DNA of 64,000 nt from Mobula hypostoma (lineage: Eukaryota). Where the stretch lies: NCBI RefSeq assembly GCF_963921235.1, contig NC_086097.1, forward strand, positions 124,746,001-124,810,000, written 5' to 3'. The first letter of the stretch is position 1. The number at the start of each line of letters is the position of its first letter. Below are positions 37,246 to 52,574 of this stretch, in pieces. A model generated the notes under the pieces. It saw only the letters and a list, made by a program, of their open reading frames with translations, was not told the origin of the DNA and did no database searches. The position numbers and the translations under genes were made by a program.

Positions 37246-38191
37246 TCTAATGGGTTTTGAGCAAGCCAACCAAGAAAAGGATGTCCATTTTACCAGTGAC
37301 CCTATTCTACATGTCTGAATGATACATAAAAAATCTCCAAATCATCTATATTTGTCATCATGATGTGATTGTCCATTCAGACAATTGTTTCAAATACAGA
37401 CTAATGTTAAAGACAAAACCACAATAAATTGGACAAAGATTAACTAATTGGACCAAATTAAACTAATAAACAGAGGAAGAATCATTTATTAAGTTATTGC
37501 AATTTATGATTAGTTTTAAACTGTTTATTTTGCATTTATATTTTTGCTTACTGATGTAGTAATTTTTTTGTAACATAAGATTAGATGGATTTCTTTTCTA
37601 AACTGTATTCAAGAAATATATTTAGTTAGACCTGTGGAGGTAATCAGATGAAGTTAAAACAATGGACAATGATTTAGCGATAAGTTAAGGGAATGATAGG
37701 TAGACATGTGATATAACAAAACAAGGAGAATGCTTGGCTTTAATAAAAGGCAGAGAGATTACGATCAAGCAACACAATGTTAGCTTCCACATGACGGTTA
37801 ATGTTACCTAGTTGTATCTCATCACCACCTCTCTAACCCACACCTCCCCCCCGACCCCCAACCCTCCACTGTTTCTGATAGACTGACTTCTAGTTCTGGG
37901 TCAGCAGAAACCTCTCCAAAATAAGTAAGTTGTTAGTGTGCTTAAGAAGGCCTGTGGTGTGTTGGCCTTCATTAGTCGGGGGACTAAGTTCAAGAGCCAC
38001 AAGGTAATGCTGCAACTCTTTAAAATACTCACTTGGATTACGTATTTTGTTTGGCTCTGGTCACCTCATTATAGGAAGGATATGAAAGCTTTAGAGGGTG
38101 CAGAGGAGATTTATCCATAGTAGTTAGTGTGTTGTTATTACAGCACCAGAGATCCAGTTTCAATTCTGCCACTGTCTGTAAGGAGTTCGTA

Positions 38192-39820
<1,629 letters not shown>

Positions 39821-40650
39821 TACGTTCTCTCCATGGCCGTATGGGTTTCCTTCGGATGGCACAGTTTCCACCCACATTGCGAATACGTACAAGTTAGTAG
39901 GTTAATTGGTCACAGGGATGTAAGCGGACAGCACAGGTTCGTTGGACCGGAAAGGCCTGTTACTGTACTGTGTCTAAATTAGAGAATATTCCCATGAGGA
40001 AAGGCTGAGTGAGCTGGGGCCTTCCTCTTTGGAGTGAAGGAGGATGAGAGGCAACTTGATAGAGGTGTATAAAGATCAGGAGAGGCATTGACAGAGTGGA
40101 CAGCCAGTGCCTTTTTCCCAGGGAGGTAATGATCAAAACGAGAGGACTTCAGTTGAAGGGAAGAGGAGGAAAGTTTAGGGGAGGTATTAGAAATAGTTTT
40201 TTTTCACACAGAGAGTGGTGGGTTCCTGGAAGGTACTGGCAGTGGAGGTGGTAGAGGCAGATATAATAGGGACTTCAAAGAGAATCTTTGATAAAATGCA
40301 GGGTTTTGGGTTGTGTACTAGGAGAGAGTTAGGTTGATCGTAGAGCAGACTTATGTAAATCGCCATGACACTGTAGGCCAAAGGGCACGTACTGAGCTGT
40401 AGTGTCCTAGGATCTTTCAGGAGAACCAAACCTACTGGACTGTATTTCAAGGGATTTTTGTGGCCTGCCTTCTCTGCCTACTCACGGTCATCTGTATCCG
40501 ATGCAGACGGCCAAGCCTGGAATACCCTGACAGGCTTTGTCAGAAGGCAAATCTGGGCCTGTACCAGCTATGAAATCTTTAGGGCATTTTAATATTTTTA
40601 AACTGTTTCTCACATCCAAAGTCACTTAACAACTCCTAAGATTGAAGAAA

Positions 40651-40935
40651 ATAGAACATAGACCATATTACAGCACACTACAGGCCCTTCACTGCACGAT
40701 GCTATGCCAAACTTTTAACCTACTCTAAGATCAATCTAATCCTCCCTTCTACATAGCTCTCCAATTTTCTATCATTCATTTGCCTGTCTAAGAGTTTCTA
40801 AGAAGTCCCCAATGTATCCACCTTTACCACACTCCTGGTAAAATGTTTCACGCATCCACCACTCTCTGTGTATAGAAAATACCCTTGACATCCCCTCTAT
40901 ACTTTCCTCCAATCACCTTAAAATTATGCCCCTTT
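40651..40935 (-). mobile_element. CR1 3' end
   Basis: atagaacatag tail; CR1 3' UTR. Confidence 0.8.
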
Positions 40936-40974
40936 TAAATAATTTTTCCCCCAAAATGTTAATTATTTGGACAG

Positions 40975-41785
40975 TACAGTGACACAATCGGAGGAGCGAT
41001 TGCCTCCCATCTCCTGGAATCAATCCTGACTTTGGGTGTTGTCAGTGTGAAGTTTGCAGGTTCTCCCAGTGAGTGCAGGGAATTCCTCCGGGTGCACACA
41101 TTTTCTCCCACATCTGAAATGTGCAGGTTGGTCACTGTAAACTGCCTTTAGTGGTTAGTTGAGGGGCAAAATCCAGGGGGAGTTGCTGGGAATGTGGGGG
41201 AATAAATAGAACATCAGAGCTCAGCACAAGTCCTTCAGCCTATGATATTATGCCAACCTTCTAACCTACTAAGATCAATCTAACCCTTCCCTCCTATATA
41301 ACCCTCCATTTTTCTATCATCAATGTGCCCATCTAAAAATTTCTTAAATGCCCCTAATGTATTTGCTCCTCCCACCAACCCTGGCAGGGTGTTCCATTCA
41401 CTCACCAATCTCTATGTAAAAAAAACTTACCTGCCACATCCCCCTACACATCCCTCCGATTACCTTATAATTATGTCCACTGGTATTAGCCATTTCCGCC
41501 CTGGGAAAAAGTCTCTGCTAGTCCACTCAATTTGCCTCTTATCATCTTGTACACCTCTGTTAAGACACCTCTCATTCTCCTTCTCTCCAAAGAGAAAAGC
41601 CAGAGCTCTCTCAACAAGATATGCTCTTTAATCCAGGCAGCGTCCTGGCAAATCTCCTCTGCACCCTCTCTAAAGCTTCCAAATAGGACTAGGACAGGAT
41701 TAGTATAAATGGGTGCTTGATGACTGGGTCAGACCCAGTGGGCCAAAGGGAGTGTATTTCCATTTTCTATAACTCCATGACCATA
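40975..41785 (+). mobile_element. V-domain SINE interrupted by a minus-strand CR1 fragment (41205-41680)
   Basis: V-domain at 41040-41130; SINE tail resumes at 41681. Confidence 0.7.
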
Positions 41786-42084
41786 TAATCATTTGAAATA
41801 ATTAAAAATACTGAAGTACAATAATTTAAAACAAAGAACAGAAGAAATCAGCGGATCAAGTAGCATCATTGGAGACAAGAGGTTTAAGGATAGTTCTAGT
41901 AGTCTCCTTCAACACCTGTAAGCAAGACATGTGCTTTAGCCACATGGAGAGGCACACATTGTGTCTAAATCCAACTTCAAGCACCAAAAGGGGCTGTAAC
42001 CTTTAGCAGATGAGGTGGGAAAGTAAGCAATGACAGATTGGAGCATGCTGCTGGGTACAAGCACAGGAGGAAGCCATTAATCAA

Positions 42085-42615
42085 GATTCAAGATTGTTTA
42101 TTATCATTCTTGAGTAAAGGAAAATGAAATAATTGTTAATCCAGATCCAATGTAGCATAAAAAACACAATAAGCATAAAGAACTCAATAAGTATACATAC
42201 ATAAGGTTATATAAGATTATACACAGACTGATTGCATGTACATAAAGTGACACTAGGTCCAGGAGTGTCTGTACAGGAGGTGAGTCGGACAGAAAATGAT
42301 AAAGTAGTGGTGGTAGGGTGGGTTAATGGGTGCAGGTGTTGATCAGCCTGTCGACTGGGGGAAGTAACTGATTTTGGTTCTGGTGGTCCTGGCGTGGATG
42401 CTGCATAGCCTCTTCCATGATGGGAGTGGGACAAAGAGCTCATGAGCCGGGTGGGTGGGTTCCTTCATGATACTGCTGATCTCTTTCCGGCATCTCTCTG
42501 TGTGGATGTCCTTGATGGGGGGAGGCTGGTGCCAGTGGTGCGTTCGGCAGTTTTAAGCTCCATTTAACTGTGGAGCTCTCCTGTCTGCCCCGGTGCAGTT
42601 CCTGTACCACACAGT
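42085..42615 (-). mobile_element. Rex1/Babar 3' fragment
   Basis: (caagatt) tail; Rex1-type C-terminus on the minus strand. Confidence 0.7.
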
Positions 42616-43228
42616 GGTATGTGAGAACCCAAGGAAAGAGCCAAGTGGTTAAGACGGAAACACTAAGAATGTCTAAAGGACATTTGGGCAGGTAGGTGGG
42701 TTGGAAAAGTTTGGAAGGATATGCCCGAAAGCAGGTGAATGTGCCACTGGCTTAGAGGGCATCTTGGTCAGCATGGGTGAGCTGGGCTGAATGGCCTTTT
42801 GCCACACTGTATCACTCTATGACTAACTGATTCAACGTATCAGGTCAAGGTCCTGACTCAGGACTGGGGGGACAGGAAAGATAGTCAGTATGTACAGGGC
42901 GATCGGGTGGGCCAGAAGGAGGGAAGCGATAGGAGGGCGGGAGGATGGATAGATGGAGTCAGGGAAGGGGTGAAAAAAGCTAGGTGGATGGGTTAGTGTG
43001 TGTGGGGGAAGAGAACTCACGGGGGGGTGAGGGTTATCTGAAACTGGAAATTTTAATAGGGCTTTAAGCTGCTCAAGCAGAACATGAGATGCTGAAATTT
43101 AAGAACTTTATTTGCCTCTGCTTTGCCTTTTAGAGGCCTGGAAATATATATTGAGGTTTCTGTTTTGACAGCAGAGTTTAGCTGGCACAGGATTCAAAGT
43201 CAAAGTAAGATTTATTATCAAAACACGT

Positions 43229-43945
43229 ATACACTCAGGGGCCACTTCAGTCCTGCTAAGTCCTGCACCTAATTATGTTGCCACTGACCGTATATTCGTG
43301 GTCTTCTGCTGCTGTAGCATATCCTCATCAAGGTTTGACGTGTTGTGTGTTGGGAGATGTCCCTCTGTATTTTCCTGTCAATGTCTGAACGAAAACCAAT
43401 CTGAAAGAAGTACCAAGTGACAGCAGTCAGTGGCCACTTTATTAGGTACGTCTGTACACCTGCTCGTTAATGCAAATATCTCATCACTCAATCATGTGGC
43501 AGCAACTCAATGCATAAAAGCATGCAGACATGGTCAAGAGGGTCAGTTGTTCTTCAGACCAAATATCAGAATGGGAAAGAAATGTGATCGAAGTGACTTT
43601 GACCATGGAATGATTGTTGATACTAGACAAGGTGGTTTAAGTATCTCGGAAACTGTTGATCCCCTGAGATCCTCACATACAGCAGTCTCCAGAGTTTACA
43701 GAGAAGGGTGCGAAAAGCAGAGAAACATCAGTGAGCAGCAGTTCTGTGGTTGAAAATGCCTCGTTAATGAAAGAGATCACAGGAGAATTGCCAAACTGGT
43801 GGTTCAAGCTGACAGGAAGGTGACAGTAACTCAAATAACCACGCATTACAACAGTGGCCTTCAGAAGAGCCTCTCTGAACTCACAACACATCGAACCTTG
43901 ATGGGCTACAGCAGCAGAAGACCACAAACGTACACTCAGAGGCAA
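43229..43945. mobile_element. Tc1-like transposon remnants (minus-strand end 43229-43370; plus-strand 5' half 43427-43945)
   Basis: TIR cactcagtggccactttattaggtac; MGKKCD.SDFD.GMIV...GLSISET paired-like domain; breaks off at MGYSSRRP. Confidence 0.85.
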
Positions 43946-45153
43946 CATAACTCTGAACTGATTCCCCAAGCTGCACTCACTTTCAAGGTCTCAAAGATTC
44001 ATGGTGTTATTTTTAATGTTTATTTGCACAATTTGTCTTCTTTTACATGTTGGTTGCTTGACAATCCTTATGTATAGTTTTTTGTAAATTCGATTGTGTT
44101 TCTTTATTTTTCTGTAAGTGCCTGCAAGCAAATGAATCTCACGTCCATGGTAATGTACATGTACTTTGACTTTGATTTCCAGCTATTCTTTCAATACCCC
44201 ATAAAATATGGGTCTCTGTTTCGAATGCAGTCAATGGCTAAACCTCCAGATCTCCATAATATAACGAATTCCATAGATCTGTCACCCTGTCAGTGAAGAA
44301 ATTTCTCCTTGTTTCGGTCCAAAAAGCCCCACGCTTTGTTTTGAGACTGATCTTTCAATTCTCGACTCTTTAGCGGGGGGAAACATTCTTCCCGTGTCCA
44401 CCTGTGGTTAATATCCATAAGAATTGTGAGTGTTCCAGTGGGTTTGACTCTAGAATATAGAGACTAAGCCTACTCAAACTCTCAATCATTCTCCAGCCTT
44501 TGAATCCATCAGACACTTTACATTAATACTGAAATAATCCCAATTTATTCCCCTGACCTTCCCGTCAATCACACACCCCCATCCCCCACAAACACACAAG
44601 GGGCAATCTATAATGGCTGACCCAGCCCACACAGCTTTGGGAAGTGGGGAAGTAGTTGGAGCACCCAGACAAAATCCATGCAGTCACACTGGGAGCCAGC
44701 AAACCTCACGCAGCTAGCACTGGAAGTTAGGATTAAACCTGGTTCAATAGAGGCAAGAGTCAACATCTCCACCAGCTACACTAATCATTTGACAGACTTG
44801 CCCACCTCAAGAACCAGTCTGATGAATCTTCATTACACTCCCTTAATAAGAAGCATATCTTTCCTCTACCTGTACATAATACTCCAGGCATGGTTTCACT
44901 AAGACACCATATAAATTAGATTAGACTAGCCTTATTTGTCACATTTACATCATAATTTACAGTGAAATGCATCGTTTGCATCAAATCGAATCAGTGAGGA
45001 TTGTACTGGGCAGCCTGCAAGTGTCACCTTACTTCTGGCAATAAATTACCATGCCCACAACTCACTAACCCCAACGCTAACCTGTACACCTTTGCAATGT
45101 GGGAGGAAGCTGGCGTACCTGGAGCAACTTCACCTGGTCACATCCACACTCTT

Positions 45154-45988
45154 TGTTACGTACCCCGTAACTGGGTTGCCAAACCAGCAGAAATGGATCA
45201 CTCAGTTGGAGTCTGGATTACTAGAACTAAGAAAGTTTTATTAAAGAAACAAGCAACACAGTAATCGAAAGGATAATAAATGCAACAGTTCAGCAATGAT
45301 AAACACACGTGCACAGAATTAAGATAACAGCATCAATCAAGCTCTATCGTTGTCTAGGGGTAAATGACCAAATTTCAAAGTGACTCAAAGTTCAGTCCAG
45401 TTTAGTAGTTCAGTTCGCAGTAATCGTTGCCATGGCGATGGACAACGTGGGGGGGGGGCGGAGAGAGAGAGAGAGGGAACAGGAACAACTGATCATTCAG
45501 ACACGGCTTCACTCACAGACCGGCGATATGGCTCACAAGCAGCTTTTGGGCAGGTCCTTGGTGATGTCACCTGAGGTCACCGACTGTGACCCCTCCTCCA
45601 GATGCGGTCGATCCTCTGCAGTGAACCCGGCACCCAGGCAAGGGCGGACACACACCGGGTTCCCGCTGATCGTACCTTTCCACCCTGGCCGTTGTCTGGT
45701 ACTTCCCACCGACTCGTGAGAGGCGTACCGCTTTCAGGGTCTCGTTACCTCGGGTGACGTGTGTGTCCCGCCTTAGCGAACCTGTCCCTTTTTATCCCCC
45801 TGCTGGGGTATCGCCTGTCCATCACTTCAAACAGTTCAGAGTTCAAAGGGGGAGCCGCTCCAGACAGCTCTCTACACATCTCCAGGTGCTGTTTCTTTGT
45901 GTCCCTTATCTCTCTCTTGAAGACAGGCGGCAGACCAACTACTGATCACACAGGACAGCTAACATCTTATCTATGTGTATTCGTCACA
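45154..45988 (-). mobile_element. Young solo LTR (835 bp)
   Basis: Perfect 4-bp TSD TCTT; termini TGTTACG...CGTCACA; CpG-rich; minus-strand AATAAA at ~45237. Confidence 0.9.
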
Positions 45989-46269
45989 TCTTTTACTCAA
46001 AACCCCAAGCAATAAAAGCCAACATGCAATTTGCCTTCCACACCTGGACACTGGCTGTCACTGACTTGTGTATTCTTGGGTCCCTTTGAGTACTAATATT
46101 TCCCAACTTATCATTTAAAAGTAAGTAGGTTTTATGTTCCTTCTGCTAATGGATAACCTCACATTTTTCTGAGGTGTTTTCCATCTGCCATGTTGCTGCC
46201 TAGTAACACGGCATGTCCGAATCTCCTTGAAGCCTCTTCAGATCCTCATTACCACTGCACTCTTCATTT

Positions 46270-46425
46270 ATACTCAGTGGCCACTTTATTAGATACAGGA
46301 CTGCTGCTGTAGCCCATCCACTTCAAGGTTCAACGTGTGTTATGTTTTCAGAGATGCTCTTGCGCACACCACTGTTGTAACCATGGCTTATTTGAGTTAC
46401 AGTCGCCTTCCTGTCAGCTTGAACT
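46270..46425 (-). mobile_element. Tc1-like fragment, same family as 43229-43945
   Basis: tactcagtggccactttattag TIR joined to the reverse complement of the MGYSS region. Confidence 0.75.
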
Positions 46426-46454
46426 GCTTCAGTGATCTCCCTTTGGTATGTTAC

Positions 46455-46935
46455 CAGAGATTCTGGTAAAGTTTTACAGATGTACTGTGGAGAGCATTCC
46501 GACTGGTTGCATCACCATCTGGTATGGAGGGAGGTTGTTGCACAGAATTGGAAAAAGCTGCAGAGGGTTGTAAACCCAGCCAGCACAATCAGGATATGAA
46601 GACATTTTCAACAGATATGTTTGAAGAAGGCAGTGTCCATCATTAAGGACCCTCACCATCTCACCATCCAGGACATTACTCATTGCTACCATGAAAAAGA
46701 TACAGGAGGCTGAAGACACACACTCAACATTTTAGGAATAGCCTCTTCCCTCCACCGTCAGATTTCTGATCAGACCATGGACCCACGAACACTACATCAC
46801 CTATTGCTCTACTTACTTAATTTTTTAAAATATTTCCTTTTATAACTCCTGGCATTTAAAAAAAAATATTGAATTGTACTGCTACTACAAAACAACAAAT
46901 TTTACAACAGGTTAGTGATAATAAACCTGATTCTG
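46455..46935 (+). mobile_element. Rex1/Babar 3' fragment
   Basis: FYRCTVESIPTGCITIWYG; aataaacctgattctga tail. Confidence 0.8.
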
Positions 46936-49379
46936 AATAACTTCCTCATTGCAAGGTTAAGAATATTAAGGCAGAATAATAACGGGTACATTTTAAAGAT
47001 ATTCTTGTTTTCCATGAACCCAAAACGAAGAGATGACAAAATGCATACTCAATCTTGAAAGGCAGGTTCAAATCTCTAAGGGGAAAGATTTGGGATGGAC
47101 CTTCTACTAAGACACAATTATTGTACCTACCAACTTTTAACTGCTTAACTGGCAGAAGTTTACAATTGAGAAGAGAAATTAGAGAATCCCAAAGTCCTAA
47201 TCACATGGATTATTCTCCTCAGGATATCTACGCTTTCCATTTAGGTGAGAGCATTCTGCGGAGGATTTCACAACACAGAGGCTGGAAAGCCTGCTTGTAG
47301 AATCCTGCTGAATCCAGTGATTTCATTGGCTTAAATGGGAAGAGAGAGCTGTGAACACAATAGGTTAATACAAGTGGATTTTGATTTGATTAAATGGTCA
47401 CTTAAAAATATCATGTAATTTTTGAATATATTGGAATGCTCCACGACCACCTCAACATTGAACTGATTTGGCAACCAACAGATCTCTTTCAGGGATTCTA
47501 CAGCTCATGATCTCAGTATTGTTTTACTTGTTTATTCATTATTATTGCTTAATTTTCTATTTGCATAGTTTGTCTTCTTTTGCACATTTGCTGTTTACCA
47601 GTATTTGTGTATAGGGTTTCATTGGGTCTATTGTATTTCTTTGTTCTGCTGTGCAAGAAAATGAATCACAAGTTAGTCTATAGTGACATGCACATGTTTT
47701 GATAGTAAATTTATTTTAACTTTGTATGTTTGGGAAACATTTAATCATTTATGGATTTGATAGACAGTAAATCCGAGGACTTCTTCACCGGCTATCAAAC
47801 CAACCCAAGGTGAAAGCCTGTCAATTTTACTCAAAGGTCATGCATTGCCAACAGATTGCACCTGGAGGCAAGTTCAAGTGAGAATAAGCAGAAGATTCAG
47901 GCAGTACAAATTTAAAGAAAATCTGGGCTCTGCACAAAATTTATGCAAAAATGGTGCTGCCCACAGAATCATGGTAGTGTTATCCAGATAACACAGATCA
48001 CACCAAGTGACTAGTCGAGCCCTGTTCCTTCCTCACCTGCACACATGCACAGTCCTCTGGCCCCAGGGCAAACTGTCTTCGGCCTCCCACAGACTCCATT
48101 TTATACCAATTGGAAAGAATTAGTGTAACATGTTTTAAGTAAATAGCCTTATAAACATTTAGAAATTCAACCATGGAATGTAGGTATTGCTGGAATGGGC
48201 CAGCCGTACTTGCATAAGAAGCTGCTAATGAAAATAAATAACTTTGCAATTTGCTATTCTAATTGACAGTGGTGTAAAATTGGAATGAGAAGACAAAATA
48301 GTTATGCATCACAAATCAAGCAGCAGCTTGCCATTGGATTTTTACAGATGGCCATCATGAGATATGAATGCTGGCTTCTACTGATGTATCTAAGCACCAG
48401 GATTGTTAGCGCATAGCTGTATCTTGAAAATGAACAACTGATGGAATAAAAATCTGTGGATCTGAAGTAAACACATTCAGAACTACACAGACTGTTCATC
48501 AAGAGGTTACAAATCAAACCGTGGCATCCAGCAGTACAGATAGTCATCTGGTAAGGCCAAATCCAATTTGGAACACATCCCAAGTTGTTATGACTGAAAT
48601 CCTAATGCCAAAGTTCACATTATACCTTTGTCAACAATATTAATTCAAAGTTCAAAGGAAGTATCCAGTTCACATAAAATAAATGTAATAGTTCAGCAGA
48701 CAGCCATGGTTGTTGTTTGGACCAGGCCCTCACGCCATGGCAACACTTGTTACAGCCACCCAGAGGTGGTGGTGCTGGAGGCACTATGGGAGAGAACAGG
48801 GGCACAGCGGGCATACTGTAATCCATGCTAAATTGGGGGCTAGGCCCTGCAGATTGGCTCTCCCATCAGTACTGTGCTCTACTATTTTCTCCCTGGACAA
48901 CGACAAGCTGGATTACGTCTGTGGACGCAGGAGACGAGGAACTGCTGCATGTTTTTTCTTGCAGAAAAGCAGCTCCAGGACAACACCCCATTCACCAATC
49001 TTCAGGCCATGTCACTCCTCAGGGATTGTGCTAATATTATGTTGTGACTGTACGTGCTGTGTGTGACTCTATGTACTGTGTTTTGTATCTCGACTCCAGA
49101 GGAATACTGTTTCTGTATACAGGTGGATAGTTGAATGACAATTAAATGAACTATATTCACAAAGTAGTCTCCTTTTTAAATTACTAAATACTTCGCATCT
49201 CTGAGGGATTTTGAAGACTTTGCACCTGAACCACTTAAAGTTAATATGCAGGTAATGAATGCAATTGTGAACATTTTTATTATATGGAAATGAGATGCCT
49301 TGTTCCATTTATACAGAGACAGTGTGATCACTTGAGTTGCGCAAGATATTCTCCTCAGGGCTTGGCTATTGGTGGGATC

Positions 49380-49900
49380 TCAGGTGCTGCGAGTCCAATC
49401 CAAGATCTGCATGTTCTGGTGCAGTGTGGGAGAGAGTAAGTGGTGGCTGTGGTTAGTGATTGGAACTTGGTTGTTTAGTATCTTTCAAGGCTGCTACTTG
49501 CTCTTGGCGGCACAGCAGAGGTCGTTCTCATGTAGCGCAGCTCCCTCTTGAACAGATTTCCTCTAGGAGTATCTTCCCAGTTTTTAGATGCAGTTTTTAG
49601 TTGAATTTCTTCAGACTGATTTTGATGTCATCATTGAAGCATTTATTTTGTCCATGGGTACTCACTGACCTTCCTTCAACTGAGAGTAATAGAACTATTT
49701 GTGGAGACTGGAGCTAGACATCTGGGTGACATCACCTAGGCACCTGAAGTTGCTCTTGTTTTATCGTGGTAGAGATCCTGTTCATTTTGTTATCCTCCGG
49801 TAGGATGGTGTTAGTCATTTGTCCTTTCAGCTGATCCTTAAAATCTTTCATAAGGATTTTTGGTGGCATCGATCCAGGGCTTTCAGGTGCCTGCTGTAGG
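49380..49900 (-). mobile_element. Old RTE-clade LINE fragment
   Basis: Degenerate minus-strand reading YSQLKEG...GQNKCFNDDIKISLKKFN, matching the RTE C-terminal region. Confidence 0.6.
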
Positions 49901-50499
49901 TGGTCCACCAATAATCCATTTATATAAGCTCCTGTTGAGACTACATTTAAAATATTAGAGCTCATAATCTCCTTATGCTGTATAGGAAGAAATGAGCTTG
50001 TGATAGAGGGAGTTTAATGAAGTTTCATCAGCTTTATTCCAAAGGTGGTGGGCTACGGTACAAAGGCCTCATTGAAGTGGACAAAATTCTCAGAGCTCAA
50101 CAAGGTAGATGTTTCCGCTGGCTGGGTATCTAAAACCAGGGGTTAATGTCTCACAGGGGGACTCTTCACCGGGATAGATTTGAGAATTCTAAACACATGA
50201 TAGGTGTAGAGGCTCAGTGATCAGCTAGATTCAAGACAGCGTGAAACAGAAATTTTGAGATCAAGGCGCAAGGCATTAATGCAGAGAAGTGGTACTGAGA
50301 TGAAAGGTAAGCCTCGATTTTATTGAGTGTACAGCAGATACAAGGGGCTGAATAGCCTACCATTACTACTTATGGTGGCACAATAGTTCAGGAGCAGAGG
50401 AGAGAGGAGCAAGAATGCTGGAAAAAGCTTTTTTTGTAAAATTCACCAAGCGACCCGGAACTTTCTGGCTACGAGTGTGATAAAAAGGAAATTTATTTA

Positions 50500-52200
50500 T
50501 TAAGATACAACACAGTAAGTCTAGCCTAATTACAAGACAATTTACAATGACCAATTTACCTCCCAACCAGTACACCTTTGGACGATGGGAGGAAACCAGA
50601 GCACCCAGTAGAAACTCACACAGTCACGGTCTACAAACTCCTGACCTACAGTGGCAGGGATTGAGCCAGAGTCACTAGTATTGTAGAACATTGTGCTAAC
50701 CACTACTCCACCGTGCCTCAATGGGCAGTTTAAGGAAATAAGAGCTACAGGGTTAGAGAATAATGTAACTTGTATATGAAGAGTTGGTATGTATTTGCTG
50801 AGTCAGGCAGTCTCCTTCAGCATTCCAAGGAGAGTTTTATACAAATTGGTTAAAGAATACCAAGTCTCATAGATCCTTCAAGTTGTGGTATCCAAACCAA
50901 ACTGTATTGATTGGCAGACCAACTGAAGCCTATAGTTTCCAGGGCTTCCTTACATAAGTACATCCTCAACAACTTTCAAAGCTCTTAGCACACAATCCCA
51001 GATTTCTCTGCTGAGCTTTGCATGTGTTGCTCTGGATTTCCAGCATCTGCATCTTTCTTTGTTCATGCGCACACTTTAGAAAGTTGCCATCAAGTGTCTG
51101 GCTCTTTTCCATCTATCCTCTGCCAAAAACGCATGGTGATGTAGCTGTTACTGGAACACTAACAGCACCTGGGTTCAATCCCCACTGCTGACTTAGGAGT
51201 TTGTTCTCCCCGTGACCACGTGGGTTTCCTCTGGGAGCTCCAGTTTCCTCTGTTTAGAATTCTCAAAGACATACCAGTTAGTAAGGTAATTGGACACATG
51301 GGTGTAATTGGGCAGCACAGCCTCATTGAGCCAAAAAGGCCTGTTGTCGTGTAGTATTTCTAAATAAAAAAAATACTGCATACAGCCAATAGATCTTTTA
51401 AGATCAACCAGTGACAAAATAATCTAAATGGGAGTACCCCAAGCAGCTGAGTATCATGAATAAACTCATCTTCCTGTACTGAACAAAGCACCATTCAAGA
51501 CAAAATTAACTTCAGAAGTACAATGAAGACTTATCATTACTTCCATTCATCTGTCATCCTGTTTAGAATAATGTAAAATAAAATGCATTACACTTATATT
51601 CATTTTACCTGCCATGGTCCAGCTTACACTGCTAGCTCATTGTCCAGGTACAGTCTACTGGCATCACCTTTACTGTTTGCTACATTGCTGTTTCAATGCT
51701 CCAATATTTATTTATAAATATTAAAGCCAAGTGACAGCAATCCCTGGGAATATGGCTCTGGAATTCTCCAGCCTGAAAAAAACTTTGAACATTAATCACT
51801 ATTTTGTCCTTAAGCCTTTTTCTTTCTAATCTGACAGCCACCCATCTATGCCACAAGACTCAAGTTTGTTAATTGGCTTATAAATCTTTTGTGAACTTAA
51901 AGAAATTGTCCATGCATTCCATTTATCAACCTTCTGTTCTCAAAAATTCAATTAGATCATACACAAATTTACTTTTCTTAGAGATGAAAGATAGTTAAAG
52001 CCCCTTTCAGCCCAACAAGCCTGTGTTACCTAATTATATCCACATGACCAATTAGCTTACTAACCTGTATATCTTTGGAATGTGGGAAGAAACCAGAGCA
52101 CCTGAAGGAAACCCACGCTGAAACGGGGAAAACTTACATATTCCTTAGACAGCAGTGGGAATTGAGCCCTGATTATAGTGTTACACTAACCAATACACTA
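50500..52200. mobile_element. Cluster of V-domain SINEs (50500-50720 minus, 51130-51370 plus, 51990-52200 minus)
   Basis: V-domain ttctccccgtgaccacgtgggtttcc and its reverse complement. Confidence 0.75.
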
Positions 52201-52270
52201 CAGTTCAATATTTCATTCAAATTTCAGCGAGTTTCTCTCTCATTTCTAAAACCTAACACCTACACTAAAC

Positions 52271-52574
52271 AGTGTGGGCACGTGGCCAAGTGGTTAAGGC
52301 ATTGGACTAGCTACCTGAAGGTTGTGAGTTCGAGCCCCAGCCAAGGGAACGTGTTGTGTCCTTGAGCAAGGCACTTAGTCACACGACACTGGTGCCAAGC
52401 TGTATGGGTCCTAATGCCCTCCCCTTGGGCAACATCGGTGTCGTGGAGAGGGGAGACTTGCAGCATGGGCAACTGCCAGTCTTCCATACAACCTTGCCCA
52501 GGCCTGTGCCATGGAGAGTGAAAACTTTCCAGGCGCAGATCCATGGTCTCGCAAGACTAATGGATGCCTTTTAA
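52271..52574 (+). mobile_element. tRNA-derived CORE SINE with RTE-type tail
   Basis: A box tggccaagtgg; B box gttcgagcc; CORE gtgtccttgagcaaggcactta; tail ccatggtctcgcaagactaatggatgcc; TSD actaaac. Confidence 0.85.

Noticed and set aside
52276..52345. tRNA gene
   Set aside because: The acceptor stem does not close and the sequence continues into CORE and tail with a TSD, so it is a SINE head
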